DNA of 60,111 nt, counting the filler. It is 6 parts of 6 records of this genome, joined end to end, with 100 filler letters (N's around TTAATTAATTAA, not from the genome) between each part and the next. Parts side by side here need not be neighbours in the genome. Positions count along the whole stretch, not along the records: positions 7,632 to 29,013 come from DRR723986_5450; positions 29,114 to 41,325 come from DRR723986_5464; 4 more parts are not named here. The stretch is one strand, 5' to 3'. Positions 23,228 to 33,461 of this stretch are shown here, piece after piece. Position 1 is the first letter of the stretch. Every line of letters begins with the position of its first letter. The notes under the pieces are model-generated. The model had not been told where the DNA came from and made no database searches. It worked only from the letters and a program-made list of their open reading frames with translations. The position numbers and the translations under genes were made by a program.

Positions 23228-23677
23228 TCAGCCAGCCTGATTGATCTGCTTGCCCACAGCGCCCTCTTGCAGGGCGCTTTTTATTTCAGCCGGAATAATT
23301 TGCTTGGTGAATTCTTTGGCATCGACCAACACATAAGTGGCTTCTGAAGTAGCCACCAAAGCACCGGTGGCTCCATTCACAAATTCTACAGTCAAGGTGA
23401 AACTTGTGTTGCCAAAATGGCTGGGATACACGCTGGCTTTCAGCACCTCATCGTAATGAGCCGGGGCCTTCCACTCTGTGAGCAAACGCACCACCTGGGT
23501 TTCATAACCGAGGCGCACCAGTTCCGGATAACCACCCAGCGCAGCCCGCAAATATTCATTCACCGCCAAATCGGTGTAGTCACCATACCTGGCATTGAAC
23601 ACCACACCTTGCGCATCGCATTCGCCATAACGCACACGAAACAAGAACTCAAACGCCTGGCTCATTGATGCACTCAC
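23228..23677 (-). CDS. acyl-CoA thioesterase (4HBT/YbgC family)
   Basis: RVRYGECDAQGVVFNARY motif; GTGA overlap with the GMC gene (alternative ATG 23665). Confidence 0.88.
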   Translation of the reverse strand: MSASMSQAFEFLFRVRYGECDAQGVVFNARYGDYTDLAVNEYLRAALGGYPELVRLGYETQVVRLLTEWKAPAHYDEVLKASVYPSHFGNTSFTLTVEFVNGATGALVATSEATYVLVDAKEFTKQIIPAEIKSALQEGAVGKQINQAG

Positions 23678-25353
23678 ACAGGTTGGGGAACAAGTGCATT
23701 GGCCAGGTGATCCTGACGTGCTCTTGCATTGTGCTCGGCCTGTTCAAGTGCGGGCACGCGCGACACGCCACGAATCAGATCCACGGCTTTTTCAGCCATC
23801 ATCATGACCGGGCCATTGGTGTTGCCACCGATCAGGCTGGGCATCACAGACGCATCGACAATGCGCAAACCTTCCAGCCCGTGCACACGCAATTGTGGAT
23901 CCACCACCGCCATGGAATCGGTACCCATCTTGCAGGTGCCAGTGGGGTGGTAAACAGTGTCCACGCGGTTGCGCAACACTTCACGAATTTCATCGTCGGT
24001 GTGCACGTTCTCGGTGAACTTGTCTTTCACGATCCACTTGGCCAAAGCCGGTGCATGCATGATTTTCCGGGTCAGTTTAAAACCTTCCACCAACTCATCC
24101 AGATCGCGCGGGTCTTTCAAAAAACCAATGTCAATCAAAGGTGGTGTGTCCATGGTGTTGCCTTGCAGGGTAAGGCTTCCGCGGCTGCGCGGGCGCAACA
24201 AACACACATGGCAGGAAAAACCGTGGCCCATGTGCATTTTGCGGGCGTGGTCATCCACCATGGCCACCACGAAGTGCAATTGAACGTTGGGGTCTTTCAG
24301 TTCGGGGCTGGTTTTTAGAAACGCACCACCTTCAGCGAAGTTGCTGGTAAGCGCACCCCTGCGATGTTTGCGGTAGCGGAAAATTTCACGCAACAAACGA
24401 ATGCCGCCGCGAATCGACAGGCCAAGCGTATCCAGGCTTTTCGTGGAGTAACCAAAAATAAAGTCGGGGTGATCCTGCAAGTTCTTGCCCACACCCGGCA
24501 GGTGATGAACCACATCAATGTCGTGGCGAGCCAACTCGGATGAATCGCCCACGCCGGAAACCATCAACAATTGCGGCGTTTGAATGGCGCCCGCGGTCAA
24601 AATGATTTCCTTGCGCGCTTTCAACACAGTCAGCTGACCGTTGATGGACACCTCGACTCCTACAGCACGCTTGCCCTCAAACAGCACTCGCTGAACCATG
24701 GCCTTGGTGTGCACAGTGAGGTTTTTACGGTGCAAGTGCGGAAACAGATAGGCACGCGCAGCGCTCCAGCGTTCACCATTTTTTTGGGTCACCTGATAAA
24801 TGCCTACGCCTTCCTGATCGGCCCCGTTGAAGTCGTGATTGATTTTGAAGCCTGCCTGTTTGCCAGCCTCCAGATAGATTTGCTGAAAGGGATTGTCGGA
24901 GCGCAAATCAGCCACGTTCAGCGGGCCGGTGTTGCCATGGTAGGCATCACGAATACGCTCGTTGCATTCGCTGAGTTTGAAATAAGGCAGCACTTCTTTG
25001 TAGGACCAACCGCTGCAACCTTCTTCATGGGCCCAACGATCATAATCAGATGCCGTACCACGGATGTACACCATGGCATTGATGGCTGATGAACCGCCCA
25101 AGGTTTTGCCGCGCGGCTGATAGCCCTTGCGGCCATTCAAGCCAGGCTGCGGTGTAGTTTCAAAGGCCCAGTTGTTGATTTTGGTGGGCAACATGGCCAC
25201 TGCACCGCTGGGAATATTGATGAGGTTGCCGGTGCCGTCGCCGCCGGCTTCAAGAAGGCATACATCGAGTGCTGAGTCTTCGCTGAGGCGACCCGCCATG
25301 GCACAGCCACCGGAACCACCACCCACCACGATGTAGTCGTGTTCTGTCTTCAT
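23674..25353 (-). CDS. GMC oxidoreductase, AlkJ-like alcohol dehydrogenase
   Basis: DYIVVGGGSGG, PRGKTLGGSSAINAM, GKNLQDH, YHPTGTCKMG, GNTNGP. Confidence 0.9.
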   Translation of the reverse strand: MKTEHDYIVVGGGSGGCAMAGRLSEDSALDVCLLEAGGDGTGNLINIPSGAVAMLPTKINNWAFETTPQPGLNGRKGYQPRGKTLGGSSAINAMVYIRGTASDYDRWAHEEGCSGWSYKEVLPYFKLSECNERIRDAYHGNTGPLNVADLRSDNPFQQIYLEAGKQAGFKINHDFNGADQEGVGIYQVTQKNGERWSAARAYLFPHLHRKNLTVHTKAMVQRVLFEGKRAVGVEVSINGQLTVLKARKEIILTAGAIQTPQLLMVSGVGDSSELARHDIDVVHHLPGVGKNLQDHPDFIFGYSTKSLDTLGLSIRGGIRLLREIFRYRKHRRGALTSNFAEGGAFLKTSPELKDPNVQLHFVVAMVDDHARKMHMGHGFSCHVCLLRPRSRGSLTLQGNTMDTPPLIDIGFLKDPRDLDELVEGFKLTRKIMHAPALAKWIVKDKFTENVHTDDEIREVLRNRVDTVYHPTGTCKMGTDSMAVVDPQLRVHGLEGLRIVDASVMPSLIGGNTNGPVMMMAEKAVDLIRGVSRVPALEQAEHNARARQDHLANALVPQPV

Positions 25354-25471
25354 CTGCTCCTCCTGATTTTCAAACCCGCTTGGATCGGGTTTTGTGATTT
25401 TCTCACTTGATCATAGAGGAAGCCGGGCAAAAAGAAACGCCTCAAAGCTCACAAAAAATTGATAATTCCGG

Positions 25472-26560
25472 TCAAGCGATGCGTGTGATCTTCTCGGGTG
25501 CAGCGGGTGCACTGCCCACCGCATTTCCAGCCAACTGGTTCACCTGTTCCAAGGCCTCTTCCACCTCTCGCATCACGCGCTGAGTCAATTCCTCAACCGT
25601 GGGGACGTCCTGCACCAAACCTTGCACCTGACCGATCAACTGCACGCCCTGCGTGTGATTGCCTTCAATGGTGGCCTTCTTGATTTGAAGCACTGCTGCG
25701 CCATAAAAAGTCACTGTGAGCGTTTGCTCCAAACCCATTTTGAAGACGTCTTTGAGGATGCCCAGCAAGGGCTTGTTCATTTCACGCGCAGCCAGGTAGG
25801 CGCGCCACATGGCACGCACCGGATTGAATGGCTTGGACATGATTTTTTTGGAGTTGGGCGTGGTCATGACCCGGCAAGGAATGCTGTCAAAGTTCTTGCT
25901 GTAAATGGTGTCTTCCACTTCCTTTTTCACAATCAGTTCTTTGGTGTTGGCATGTACCGGGCTTTCTTTCGAGGCGGCCCAGCGCGTGCCCATGGCCACA
26001 CCATCAGCACCCAAGGCCAAGGCTGCCACCACACCGCCACCCGTGCCAAAACCACCGGCTGCGATCATTGGAAGCTTGGTGACCTGCCGGATTGCTGGCA
26101 CCAACACCAGTGATGTGACAGCACCGCCGTGCGCTGCGGCTTCATGGCCCGTTACCAACAGGGCATCAGCGCCCGACTGCTCGGCCTTCAAGGCATGTTT
26201 GGCGTTCACTACAGTCACAATCACTTTGCCGCCGTAGTCATGCACACGCTTGCAAACGTCTGCTGGGCTGCCCAGGCTGAAGTTGATCACGGGCACTTTT
26301 TCATTCAGGGCTACTTCAAGATTTTCGCGGGCACCCGGCATGATCAATGCGCAACCAATGCCGAAAGGCTTGTTGGTCAGGCTTCGAACCTTGCGAATTT
26401 CAGAGAGGGTTTGTTCAGGCGTCAAATGCCCAATGGCCAGAATGCCCAGACCACCTGCGTTGGCAGTGGCAGCCACCAGATCGGCATTGGCCACGTAGGT
26501 CATGCCGGGGCACACCAGCGGGTATTGAATGTTGAACATCTCGGTGATGCGGGTTTTCAT
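25472..26560 (-). CDS. nitronate monooxygenase/FabK-like flavin oxidoreductase
   Basis: MKTRITEMFNIQYP, GHEAAAHGG, IAAGGFGTG, ALGADGVAMGTR. Confidence 0.85.
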   Translation of the reverse strand: MKTRITEMFNIQYPLVCPGMTYVANADLVAATANAGGLGILAIGHLTPEQTLSEIRKVRSLTNKPFGIGCALIMPGARENLEVALNEKVPVINFSLGSPADVCKRVHDYGGKVIVTVVNAKHALKAEQSGADALLVTGHEAAAHGGAVTSLVLVPAIRQVTKLPMIAAGGFGTGGGVVAALALGADGVAMGTRWAASKESPVHANTKELIVKKEVEDTIYSKNFDSIPCRVMTTPNSKKIMSKPFNPVRAMWRAYLAAREMNKPLLGILKDVFKMGLEQTLTVTFYGAAVLQIKKATIEGNHTQGVQLIGQVQGLVQDVPTVEELTQRVMREVEEALEQVNQLAGNAVGSAPAAPEKITRIA

Positions 26561-26660
26561 GGGCAGTCCGTAGATCGAGTGGGCCGGATCGGGCAATCCA
26601 ATGAATATTACATCAACCGAGATATTCTGATAAGCACTGTAAGTATGTGTTGAGCTGCAT

Positions 26661-28286
26661 TTATCCCAGAGTCTTGGTCAGGTCACCCAACAATGGCAAA
26701 CCACCGAGCAAGCCACCCTCGGCACCACTGGTCGAACTGATGGATGAGGTCAAACCACCCAGCAAGTCACCGACCACTGGAATACCCGCCAAGGCATCAC
26801 CACCGGAAAGCAAACCTCCGCCGGAAAGCAAACCCCCACCGGAGAGCAGATCACCCCCAAGCACGTCGCCCAATACAGGCACGCCGGCCAACAAGCCCCC
26901 ATCGGCACCACCTTCCAAGAGGCCGCCCAACAGTGGGATGTCGCCCAAGGCACTGCCGCCGCCAAGCCCACCAGTCAAGCTGTCCAACGCACCGCCGAGG
27001 AATGGAATATTGCCCAAGGGATTACTGACATCACCACCCAGAGAGCCAGCAAGATCACCAATCAGGTTAGTGACTGGTGCAGCGGGTGTGCTGGCGCCGA
27101 CCGACGACACCGCATCGCCAACGCCGCCCAACAAACCACCCACGGTGTTCAGCAAGGTGTTGCCGCCTTCTCCGATCAAGGCCAAAGGTGTGGGGGCCAA
27201 ACCTTCTTGAAGGCCACCCCCCAGACCACTAAGGACACCGGCCAAACCACCGTCGTTGTTACCTGTGGCCACTGAATCAACCACACCACCCAGAGTGCCT
27301 GCAAGGTCACCCAGCACCGGCACCGGGGCCAACAGTTGGCCGACGCTGTCGCCCACATTCACCACAGTGCCCACCACACCGCCGACACCACCATCGGTAT
27401 TGGGGCCTGTGGTTCCCAACAGGCTGGCCACCAAGCCAGACACGGGTGCCAGTGGTGTTCCCTCACCGAAGCCGCTCACCTGGTTGGCGGCCACACCCAG
27501 CAGGTCAGTCAAAGTGCCCAGACCCATGTCGAGCACGTTGGCCACTGGTGCCAAAGGTGTGGCTTCAAGCCCGCTGGTCAAGCCATCGGTCAAGCCTGTC
27601 AAAATTCCGTTCAAACCGCCGTTGTTGTCGCCCACCAAAGTGGATTCGATCACGTTGCCTACAGCATTCACCACGTCGCCCACCACGGGCACGGGCTCCG
27701 TCAATTCACCCAGATTGTTGGTCAGGTCACTGATCGTTTCTGCCAGGCCACCCGCATTTTCTGCAGGCAAGGCGCCGGGATTGCCACCACCGCTGCCACC
27801 ACCGCCATTGTCATCGTCTGAACCGGCAAATACAGCTGCAGCACCCACTGCACCTGCCAATGGCAGAGCACCCAGACCTGCACCAGCGCCCAGCAGGCCA
27901 GCACCAAAGAGACCACTCATTTCACCGGTGGCTTCCTGACCATCCAGCACTGCCGCCTGGTTTTCTCCATCAAACTCGGACACCAGGGTGACGTTGCCCA
28001 AACCTTCGCCAGCATTGGATGTAATCACTACCTGACCATTGGGGCCTGCATCGGGGTCAAAACCCAGTGTGGCCACACCACCATTGGAGATTTCGAGGAA
28101 TGCCGGAATTTGTTGCTGTGTGCCCGGAATGCTGAGCACTGCAATGGAGTTGCTGGTGGAGCGCAAAACGTCACCCGCTTGCAACACCATGTCTTCGCGA
28201 AGAGGCGTTTCAATGCCGTTTCGCTTCACGAACACGTCGCCGTCGATATTGGTCACAGAGGCTACTACTGGGCTGTCAAAGTTCAT
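26661..28286 (-). CDS. Gly/Leu-rich putative surface protein with a retention-module-like N-terminus
   Basis: N-terminus VASVTNIDGDVFVKRNG...LQAGDVL; hydrophobic GAG stretch then DDDNGGGGSGGG; recurring P-[LV]-x-[GP] helical motifs; GGAA RBS. Confidence 0.7.
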   Translation of the reverse strand: MNFDSPVVASVTNIDGDVFVKRNGIETPLREDMVLQAGDVLRSTSNSIAVLSIPGTQQQIPAFLEISNGGVATLGFDPDAGPNGQVVITSNAGEGLGNVTLVSEFDGENQAAVLDGQEATGEMSGLFGAGLLGAGAGLGALPLAGAVGAAAVFAGSDDDNGGGGSGGGNPGALPAENAGGLAETISDLTNNLGELTEPVPVVGDVVNAVGNVIESTLVGDNNGGLNGILTGLTDGLTSGLEATPLAPVANVLDMGLGTLTDLLGVAANQVSGFGEGTPLAPVSGLVASLLGTTGPNTDGGVGGVVGTVVNVGDSVGQLLAPVPVLGDLAGTLGGVVDSVATGNNDGGLAGVLSGLGGGLQEGLAPTPLALIGEGGNTLLNTVGGLLGGVGDAVSSVGASTPAAPVTNLIGDLAGSLGGDVSNPLGNIPFLGGALDSLTGGLGGGSALGDIPLLGGLLEGGADGGLLAGVPVLGDVLGGDLLSGGGLLSGGGLLSGGDALAGIPVVGDLLGGLTSSISSTSGAEGGLLGGLPLLGDLTKTLG

Positions 28287-28301
28287 GGTGTTTTCCTTGA
28301 A

Positions 28302-29013
28302 TCAAGCAAAGTCAGCGTTTTGAACCACGATGGATTCTGCAAATGCTGCGGAGGAGTTAATGGGAGAGGAGGACTGCGAGAAATCGGTGAAGTCCGTTGG
28401 AGAAATCGCGGCTGAGGCAGCATCAAACTGGCTGTTCATGCCAAACAGCGAAAGATCAATTTGCGTGATTTGAGACACAATGCTGTTGAACAAATCGGCG
28501 GGAATTACAGTGGAGGCCAATGACAAATCCGTGCTGTTCATGCCCGGCAAAGTGTCCATGCTTTCCAGCGAACCTGAAAACTGCTCAAGGCCTGGCAAGG
28601 TATCCGAAGCCTCACCCAAGCTGGCTGTGAGATCACTCAACAGGCCCGACACCGCATCGACACCCGTATCACCAGTCAGCACTGTAGTGGTGGTACCACC
28701 CACCACGCCACCAAGCAAATCGCCCAAGCTGCCCAGCACAGGAATGTCGGCCAAACCATCCTTGATGGCGTCGCCAAGAAAAGCCAAACCGTCGGCCAAA
28801 CCGCCGGGTAAAGGGATCAAATCACCCTGACCACTGCCCAGTAAATCGGTCAAACCATCAATGAGAATTCCGAGACCGGGAATGTCTCCGAGGCTATTGT
28901 CCAGCGTGTCGGCGACATCGGCGAGCAAACCGGCAAGCCCGGTCAACTCAGTGGCACTCACTGGCGGATCAGTCGGATCGGTTGGATCAGTCGGATCAGT
29001 CGGATCAGTCGGA
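28302..29013 (-). CDS. Gly/Leu/Asp-rich putative secreted protein, 5'-truncated at the contig end
   Basis: The frame is open from the gap: (PTD)n-PP-VSATELTGLAG...; composition resembles the downstream gene. Confidence 0.7.
28966..29013 (-). repeat. 9-bp coding tandem repeat (Pro-Thr-Asp)n
   Basis: GGATCAGTC units running into the gap; a likely cause of the assembly break. Confidence 0.85.
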
Positions 29014-29113
29014 NNNNNNNNNNNNNNNNNNNNNNNNNNNNNNNNNNNNNNNNNNNNTTAATTAATTAANNNNNNNNNNNNNNNNNNNNNNNNNNNNNNN
29101 NNNNNNNNNNNNN

Positions 29114-29713
29114 TAACTTCTGCTTCAGAATATCGCCGGCGATCGGGTTCAGCTGTCGGTTGAGCAGATGACCGCTGCGGTGCAGCACCGTAACGTCCAT
29201 GCCCCGGGTCCTGAGCCCTTCGGCCGCCTCCAGACCGAGAAAGCCTCCGCCGATGACAACGGCCCGACGGTGTGACTTTGCCTGCCGGATCAGCGTGCGG
29301 GTGTCGGCCAGGTCCCGGAAGTTCATCACGCCGTCAAGGTCTTCACCGGGGAGGCCAAGGCGGGAGGGCTGTGCTCCGGTGGCCAGCACCAGCGTGTGAT
29401 AGGACTGGGTGCGACCACAGGCGGTTGTTACCTGGCGCTGGCCCGGACTGATATGGGTGACAGGCTCATGCTGGTGCACCTCTATTCGGTGCTTGTGGAA
29501 CCACTGCCAGGGTTTCAGTTCCAGATCGGTTTCCTGAATCTGATCGGCCAGCAATGACGACAACTGGATCCGGTTGTAGGCAGCGAAGGGCTCACCGTTA
29601 AACACCACAATGCGGCTGAACGGATGCCCCTGGGCTACCAGTTGCTCCAGCAGCCGCTGCGCGACCATGCCATGGCCGCAGATCACCAGTGGGTTATCCT
29701 GTGTGTGTTCCAT
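29114..29713 (-). CDS. NAD(P)/FAD oxidoreductase, NirB/NasB-like (nitrite reductase large subunit or nitrate reductase diaphorase subunit), 3'-truncated
   Basis: LVICGHGMVA, YNRIQLSSLL, LVLATGA, VVIGGGFLGLEAA; likely ATG 29713 after GGAGG. Confidence 0.85.
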
Positions 29714-29736
29714 GGAACTGAGTGCCTCCAGCAACG

Positions 29737-29792
29737 AAAAAAGCCGGAGCATCATGCTCTCCGAAGAGAACAGATGGTCCGGCACCAATGCC
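29737..29792 (-). promoter_or_regulatory. ANTAR-type leader: hexaloop hairpin overlapping an intrinsic terminator
   Basis: GGC-ATTGGT-GCC (29781-29792; loop A1/G4) overlaps the terminator GCCGGA...TTCTC-TTCG-GAGAG...TCCGGC-T6. Confidence 0.75.
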
Positions 29793-29858
29793 AACAACAA
29801 TGATCTGATGGTCCGGCCTGATTCCATGGCCGGGACAGTCGTCCTTGTCTAAGTGTTA

Positions 29859-29873
29859 GCGATCTCCGTGCCA
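29859..29873 (-). promoter_or_regulatory. sigma54 promoter
   Basis: TGGCACGGAGATCGC (GG-N10-GC). Confidence 0.75.
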
Positions 29874-30059
29874 ACTTTTTCAGGCTTTATTATTCAATGG
29901 CTTAGGTGAGTCCGCTGAAGGAGTCCGGCTCGTGGGCATCAAAAGGGTGCCCCGGGATGGGGCGAAACGCACGATGATTGGGCCGGAATGACTGGCCTGT
30001 AAATTGCTGCAGTCCGGGTAGAAAGGAACCAACTGTGTACCGACACCAGGAGCTGCACC

Positions 30060-31358
30060 ATGAACACCAAACGCCATCCCCGTATGACCGCGACAGCGAC
30101 TGCTGCGGAATTTCTGATGGCCTCCCGCCAGTGTGAGATCCGTAATCTGGAGTACTTTCTGCAGATGGGGCGGTTGGTGCAGAGCGTGGGCAATCTGGTC
30201 CATGGCCTGCAACGGGAGCGAGGCGCCACCAATCTTTATCTGGGGTCCGGTTGCCAACGCTTTGCCCGGGAACGTACCGCCATGGTCAAGGAAAACGACC
30301 AGTTGGCCGCTACCTTCCGGCAGGCATTGGCAGACATTCAGGAGGACCTCACCACCCATCCGGTCAGCAGCCCACTGCTCGGGCACATCGCCAGCGCCCT
30401 GCACAGCCTCGACCAACTGCCCGGGTTGCGGCAGCGGGTGAATGACCAGGAGGCCAGTGTTTCGGAGGCCACGGAGTGGTTCTGCGACAGTATTCATCAA
30501 CTGATTACGGTCGTTTTCGAAGCGGCAGAAACCGTGGCAGAGCCTTCGATTGCGGGACAGCTTGTGGCCATGGTGCATGTCATGAACGGAAAGGAATATT
30601 GTGGTCAGGAGCGGGCCGCAGGTTCCGCGGGGTTCTCCAGCGGACACTTCGATAACGCACTGTCACGGCGCATGATGCACCTGGTTGAAGCGCAGGAGCG
30701 GTGTTTTGAGGTCTTTGTCGGCTTCGCCAGTGAGGAGAGCCTGTCGCTCTGGCAAGCCCTGCGCGCTCACCCGCGGGAACTGGAAATTGAGCGGATGCGA
30801 CAGATGGCCGTTTCGGTCGGGCCCTATAAGTCTCTGGATAAAGACATGGCCGACCGCTGGTTCAATCTGATGACAGAGCGCATGGACGATCTGAAGAAGA
30901 TTGAGGATTCGGTTGAGAGCGCTTTCCACCATCGCTGTGTGGAGCGCTATACCGAAGCGCGTCACTCCCTGGCTCATCAGGAAACCCTGCTGGCCTCGCT
31001 GGAACAACGCCATGCCTCCACAACGCCCGTGCTGGTGGTTTGCGATAACGGTGTAGAGGCCGGAGCTGCCGATGCGTGGGCCGGGGAAGGTGTCGGGCCG
31101 CAATCAGGCCGATCCATCTTTGACCTGGTCCAGGAACAGACCCGCCGCCTGCGCCAGATGTCTGAAGAATTGCAGAGTGCCAAAGAAGCTCTGGAAGATC
31201 GTCGTACCCAGGAAAAGGCCGTCTTGCTGTTGATGGAACACCGCAACATCAGCAATGACGAAGCCCACCGCCTGCTGCGAAAACTGGCCATGGACCAGGG
31301 CAAGCGACTGCCCGAAGTCGCCCGGGCACTGGTATCCATGGCAGGGGTCTTAAGCTGA
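30060..31358 (+). CDS. nasR: nitrate/nitrite-sensing NIT-ANTAR antiterminator (NasR-like)
   Basis: NIT motifs LVHGLQRERG and GKEYCGQERA; coiled coil; ANTAR EKAVLLLM...EAHRLLRKLAMDQGKRLPEVA. Confidence 0.88.
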   Translation: MNTKRHPRMTATATAAEFLMASRQCEIRNLEYFLQMGRLVQSVGNLVHGLQRERGATNLYLGSGCQRFARERTAMVKENDQLAATFRQALADIQEDLTTHPVSSPLLGHIASALHSLDQLPGLRQRVNDQEASVSEATEWFCDSIHQLITVVFEAAETVAEPSIAGQLVAMVHVMNGKEYCGQERAAGSAGFSSGHFDNALSRRMMHLVEAQERCFEVFVGFASEESLSLWQALRAHPRELEIERMRQMAVSVGPYKSLDKDMADRWFNLMTERMDDLKKIEDSVESAFHHRCVERYTEARHSLAHQETLLASLEQRHASTTPVLVVCDNGVEAGAADAWAGEGVGPQSGRSIFDLVQEQTRRLRQMSEELQSAKEALEDRRTQEKAVLLLMEHRNISNDEAHRLLRKLAMDQGKRLPEVARALVSMAGVLS

Positions 31359-31402
31359 TACTTGAACCAGGCCGGGACGGGGCGCCCCGCCCCGGCATAA
31401 AG

Positions 31403-32263
31403 TCAGGCCGAAGCTGAATGCCTGGCTGCCGGCGCCTCGGGTTTTGCACTGCTGCCGCGGCGACTGTTCAGAGACTCCAGCTTGCGCTGCTTCTCGTACA
31501 GGAACGACAACACCTCCTGCCGGTAATGCACATATTTGGCATCATCCGCCAGGGCCACACGGTTGCGAGGCCTTGGCAGATCAATGTGCAGATCCTCCCC
31601 CACCGTGGCGGCAGGGCCGTTGGTCATCATGATAATGCGGTCGGACAACAGCACCGCCTCGTCCACATCGTGGGTAATCATGATCACGGTATTGTTCAGC
31701 TCCTGCTGGATTTCCATCAGCGAATCCTGCAGATGGGCCCGTGTCAGGGCATCCAGTGCCCCGAACGGCTCATCCATCAGCAACACACTGGGTTTCATGG
31801 CCAATGCCCGGGCGATGCCCACCCGCTGCGCCATCCCCCCGGAAATCTCGCCTGGCCGCTTGTTGGCGGCGTGGGCCATATTCACCAGTTCCAGGTTGTG
31901 GGTAATCCAGTCCTTGCGCTCCTGCCGGGTCATCGACTTGCGAAACACCTGCCGGACCGCCAGCTCCACGTTTTCATACACCGTTAACCAAGGCATCAGG
32001 GCATGATTCTGAAACACCACCGCCCGCTCGGGGCCGGGCGAATTCACCTCATGCCCATCCAGCACACAGCCACCCCTGGAGGCCTGCAGTAACCCGGCAA
32101 CAATGTTCAGCACCGTCGATTTTCCGCAGCCGGAATGGCCGATCAGCGAAACAAACTCCCCTTTCTGGATCTTCAGGTTCACATTGTCCAGGGCAATGAA
32201 AGGCCCTTTCGGCGTATCAAACGCCATTTCAACACCGGTTAGTTCAAGATGTGATTTAGCCAT
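31403..32263 (-). CDS. nitrate ABC transporter ATP-binding protein (NrtD/NasD)
   Basis: GHSGCGKST, ISGGMAQR, LMDEPFGALDALTR. Confidence 0.93.
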   Translation of the reverse strand: MAKSHLELTGVEMAFDTPKGPFIALDNVNLKIQKGEFVSLIGHSGCGKSTVLNIVAGLLQASRGGCVLDGHEVNSPGPERAVVFQNHALMPWLTVYENVELAVRQVFRKSMTRQERKDWITHNLELVNMAHAANKRPGEISGGMAQRVGIARALAMKPSVLLMDEPFGALDALTRAHLQDSLMEIQQELNNTVIMITHDVDEAVLLSDRIIMMTNGPAATVGEDLHIDLPRPRNRVALADDAKYVHYRQEVLSFLYEKQRKLESLNSRRGSSAKPEAPAARHSASA

Positions 32264-32294
32264 AGCAGGATCCCCTAAACAGGTCAGACGAGCG

Positions 32295-32396
32295 CCGGGT
32301 GGGTAGTGCCTCCCGGGACCCTCAAAAACATGGATGTTTTTGCGGAGCTTACGGGGACGTATTCACCGCGTGTCCCGGGAGGCACTACCCACCCGG
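32295..32396. repeat. intergenic palindromic element (REP/MITE-like) with a 25-bp perfect inverted repeat
   Basis: CCGGGTGGGTAGTGCCTCCCGGGAC (32295-32319) pairs with 32372-32396; internal hairpin CAAAAACAT-GG-ATGTTTTTG. Confidence 0.8.
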
Positions 32397-32455
32397 TGCG
32401 GCATGCTCCGCCGTCAGAGATTTCAGGGTTAAGTGAGGCTACAGGTAAAAGTCGG

Positions 32456-33448
32456 TCACTCATTCCAGGCCACCTTCCGCTGAATCAACAGCATGACCCG
32501 ATCCAGCAAGAACCCGATAAACCCGATGGCCAGCACCGCCACCATAATCCGACTCAAAGACTGACTACTGCCATTTTGGAACTCATCCCAGACAAACTTG
32601 CCCAGCCCCGGACTCTGCGCCAGCATCTCGGCGGCAATCAGCACCATCCAGGCAATGCCCAGCGACACCCGCAAGCCGGTAAAGATCATCGGCACCGACG
32701 AAGGCAACACCACCTTGCGAACGTGGGTCCAGAACGACAGCCGAAGTACCCGGGAGACGTTCAGCAGGTCGGGGTTTACCGCTGCCACTCCAACGCTGGT
32801 GTTGATCAGTGTTGGCCAGAGACTGCACAGAGTGACCGTAATCATCGAGGTCAGGAACGACTTCTCGAACATTGGATCGTCACTGACATAGGTGGCCGAT
32901 ACCACCATGGTCACCAGCGGCAGCCAGGCCAGCGGAGAGACCGGTTTGAAGATCTGTATCAATGGGTTCACCGCAGCCTGGAAATACCGGTTGAGGCCAA
33001 ACACAATGCCCAGAGGTACTGCAATCAGCGACGCCAGGGCGAAACCGGCCAGCACCGTCAGCAGGCTGGTGACCACCTGGTCGAGAAAGGTGGGTGCGCC
33101 GGGGTAAGCCCGGATACGGACGTCGGTCTCAGGGTTGTCAGCCAGAATGCGGGCATTACGCTCTTCCTGCATGGTGATGAATTTATCCGCCCGTTCCCGC
33201 TGGCTAACATGCTCCTGCCACAGTTGTCCGGACTGTTCCCACACTTGCACCGGGCCGGGAAAGGCCCCCAGGGAGGTTCCCACCTGTGGTGCGGCCAGAT
33301 GCCAGAAGCCCAGGAAGACCAGAATACCAACCAGTGGTAACAGCAGTTGCTTGCCCTGGCTGAGCCATTCGCCCGGTTGCAGACCGGAAAGTAGCTGGCG
33401 GCTGCCACTGGCCATGGACTGACCGATTCTTGCGCTTAACGTCGTCAT
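32456..33448 (-). CDS. nitrate ABC transporter permease (NrtB/NasE)
   Basis: QIFKPVSPLAWLP, IFTGLRVSLGIAWMVLIAAEML, GLGKFVWDEF. Confidence 0.92.
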   Translation of the reverse strand: MTTLSARIGQSMASGSRQLLSGLQPGEWLSQGKQLLLPLVGILVFLGFWHLAAPQVGTSLGAFPGPVQVWEQSGQLWQEHVSQRERADKFITMQEERNARILADNPETDVRIRAYPGAPTFLDQVVTSLLTVLAGFALASLIAVPLGIVFGLNRYFQAAVNPLIQIFKPVSPLAWLPLVTMVVSATYVSDDPMFEKSFLTSMITVTLCSLWPTLINTSVGVAAVNPDLLNVSRVLRLSFWTHVRKVVLPSSVPMIFTGLRVSLGIAWMVLIAAEMLAQSPGLGKFVWDEFQNGSSQSLSRIMVAVLAIGFIGFLLDRVMLLIQRKVAWNE

Positions 33449-33461
33449 GTCAGGCCCTCCC

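Noticed and set aside
29714-29827. N-terminal extension of the NirB-like ORF, or a leader peptide
   Set aside because: The region is better explained as the ANTAR hairpin/terminator leader; the RBS supports ATG 29713.
32306-33340. 344-aa plus-strand ORF starting in the palindromic element
   Set aside because: Antisense to the permease; no transposase-like motifs.
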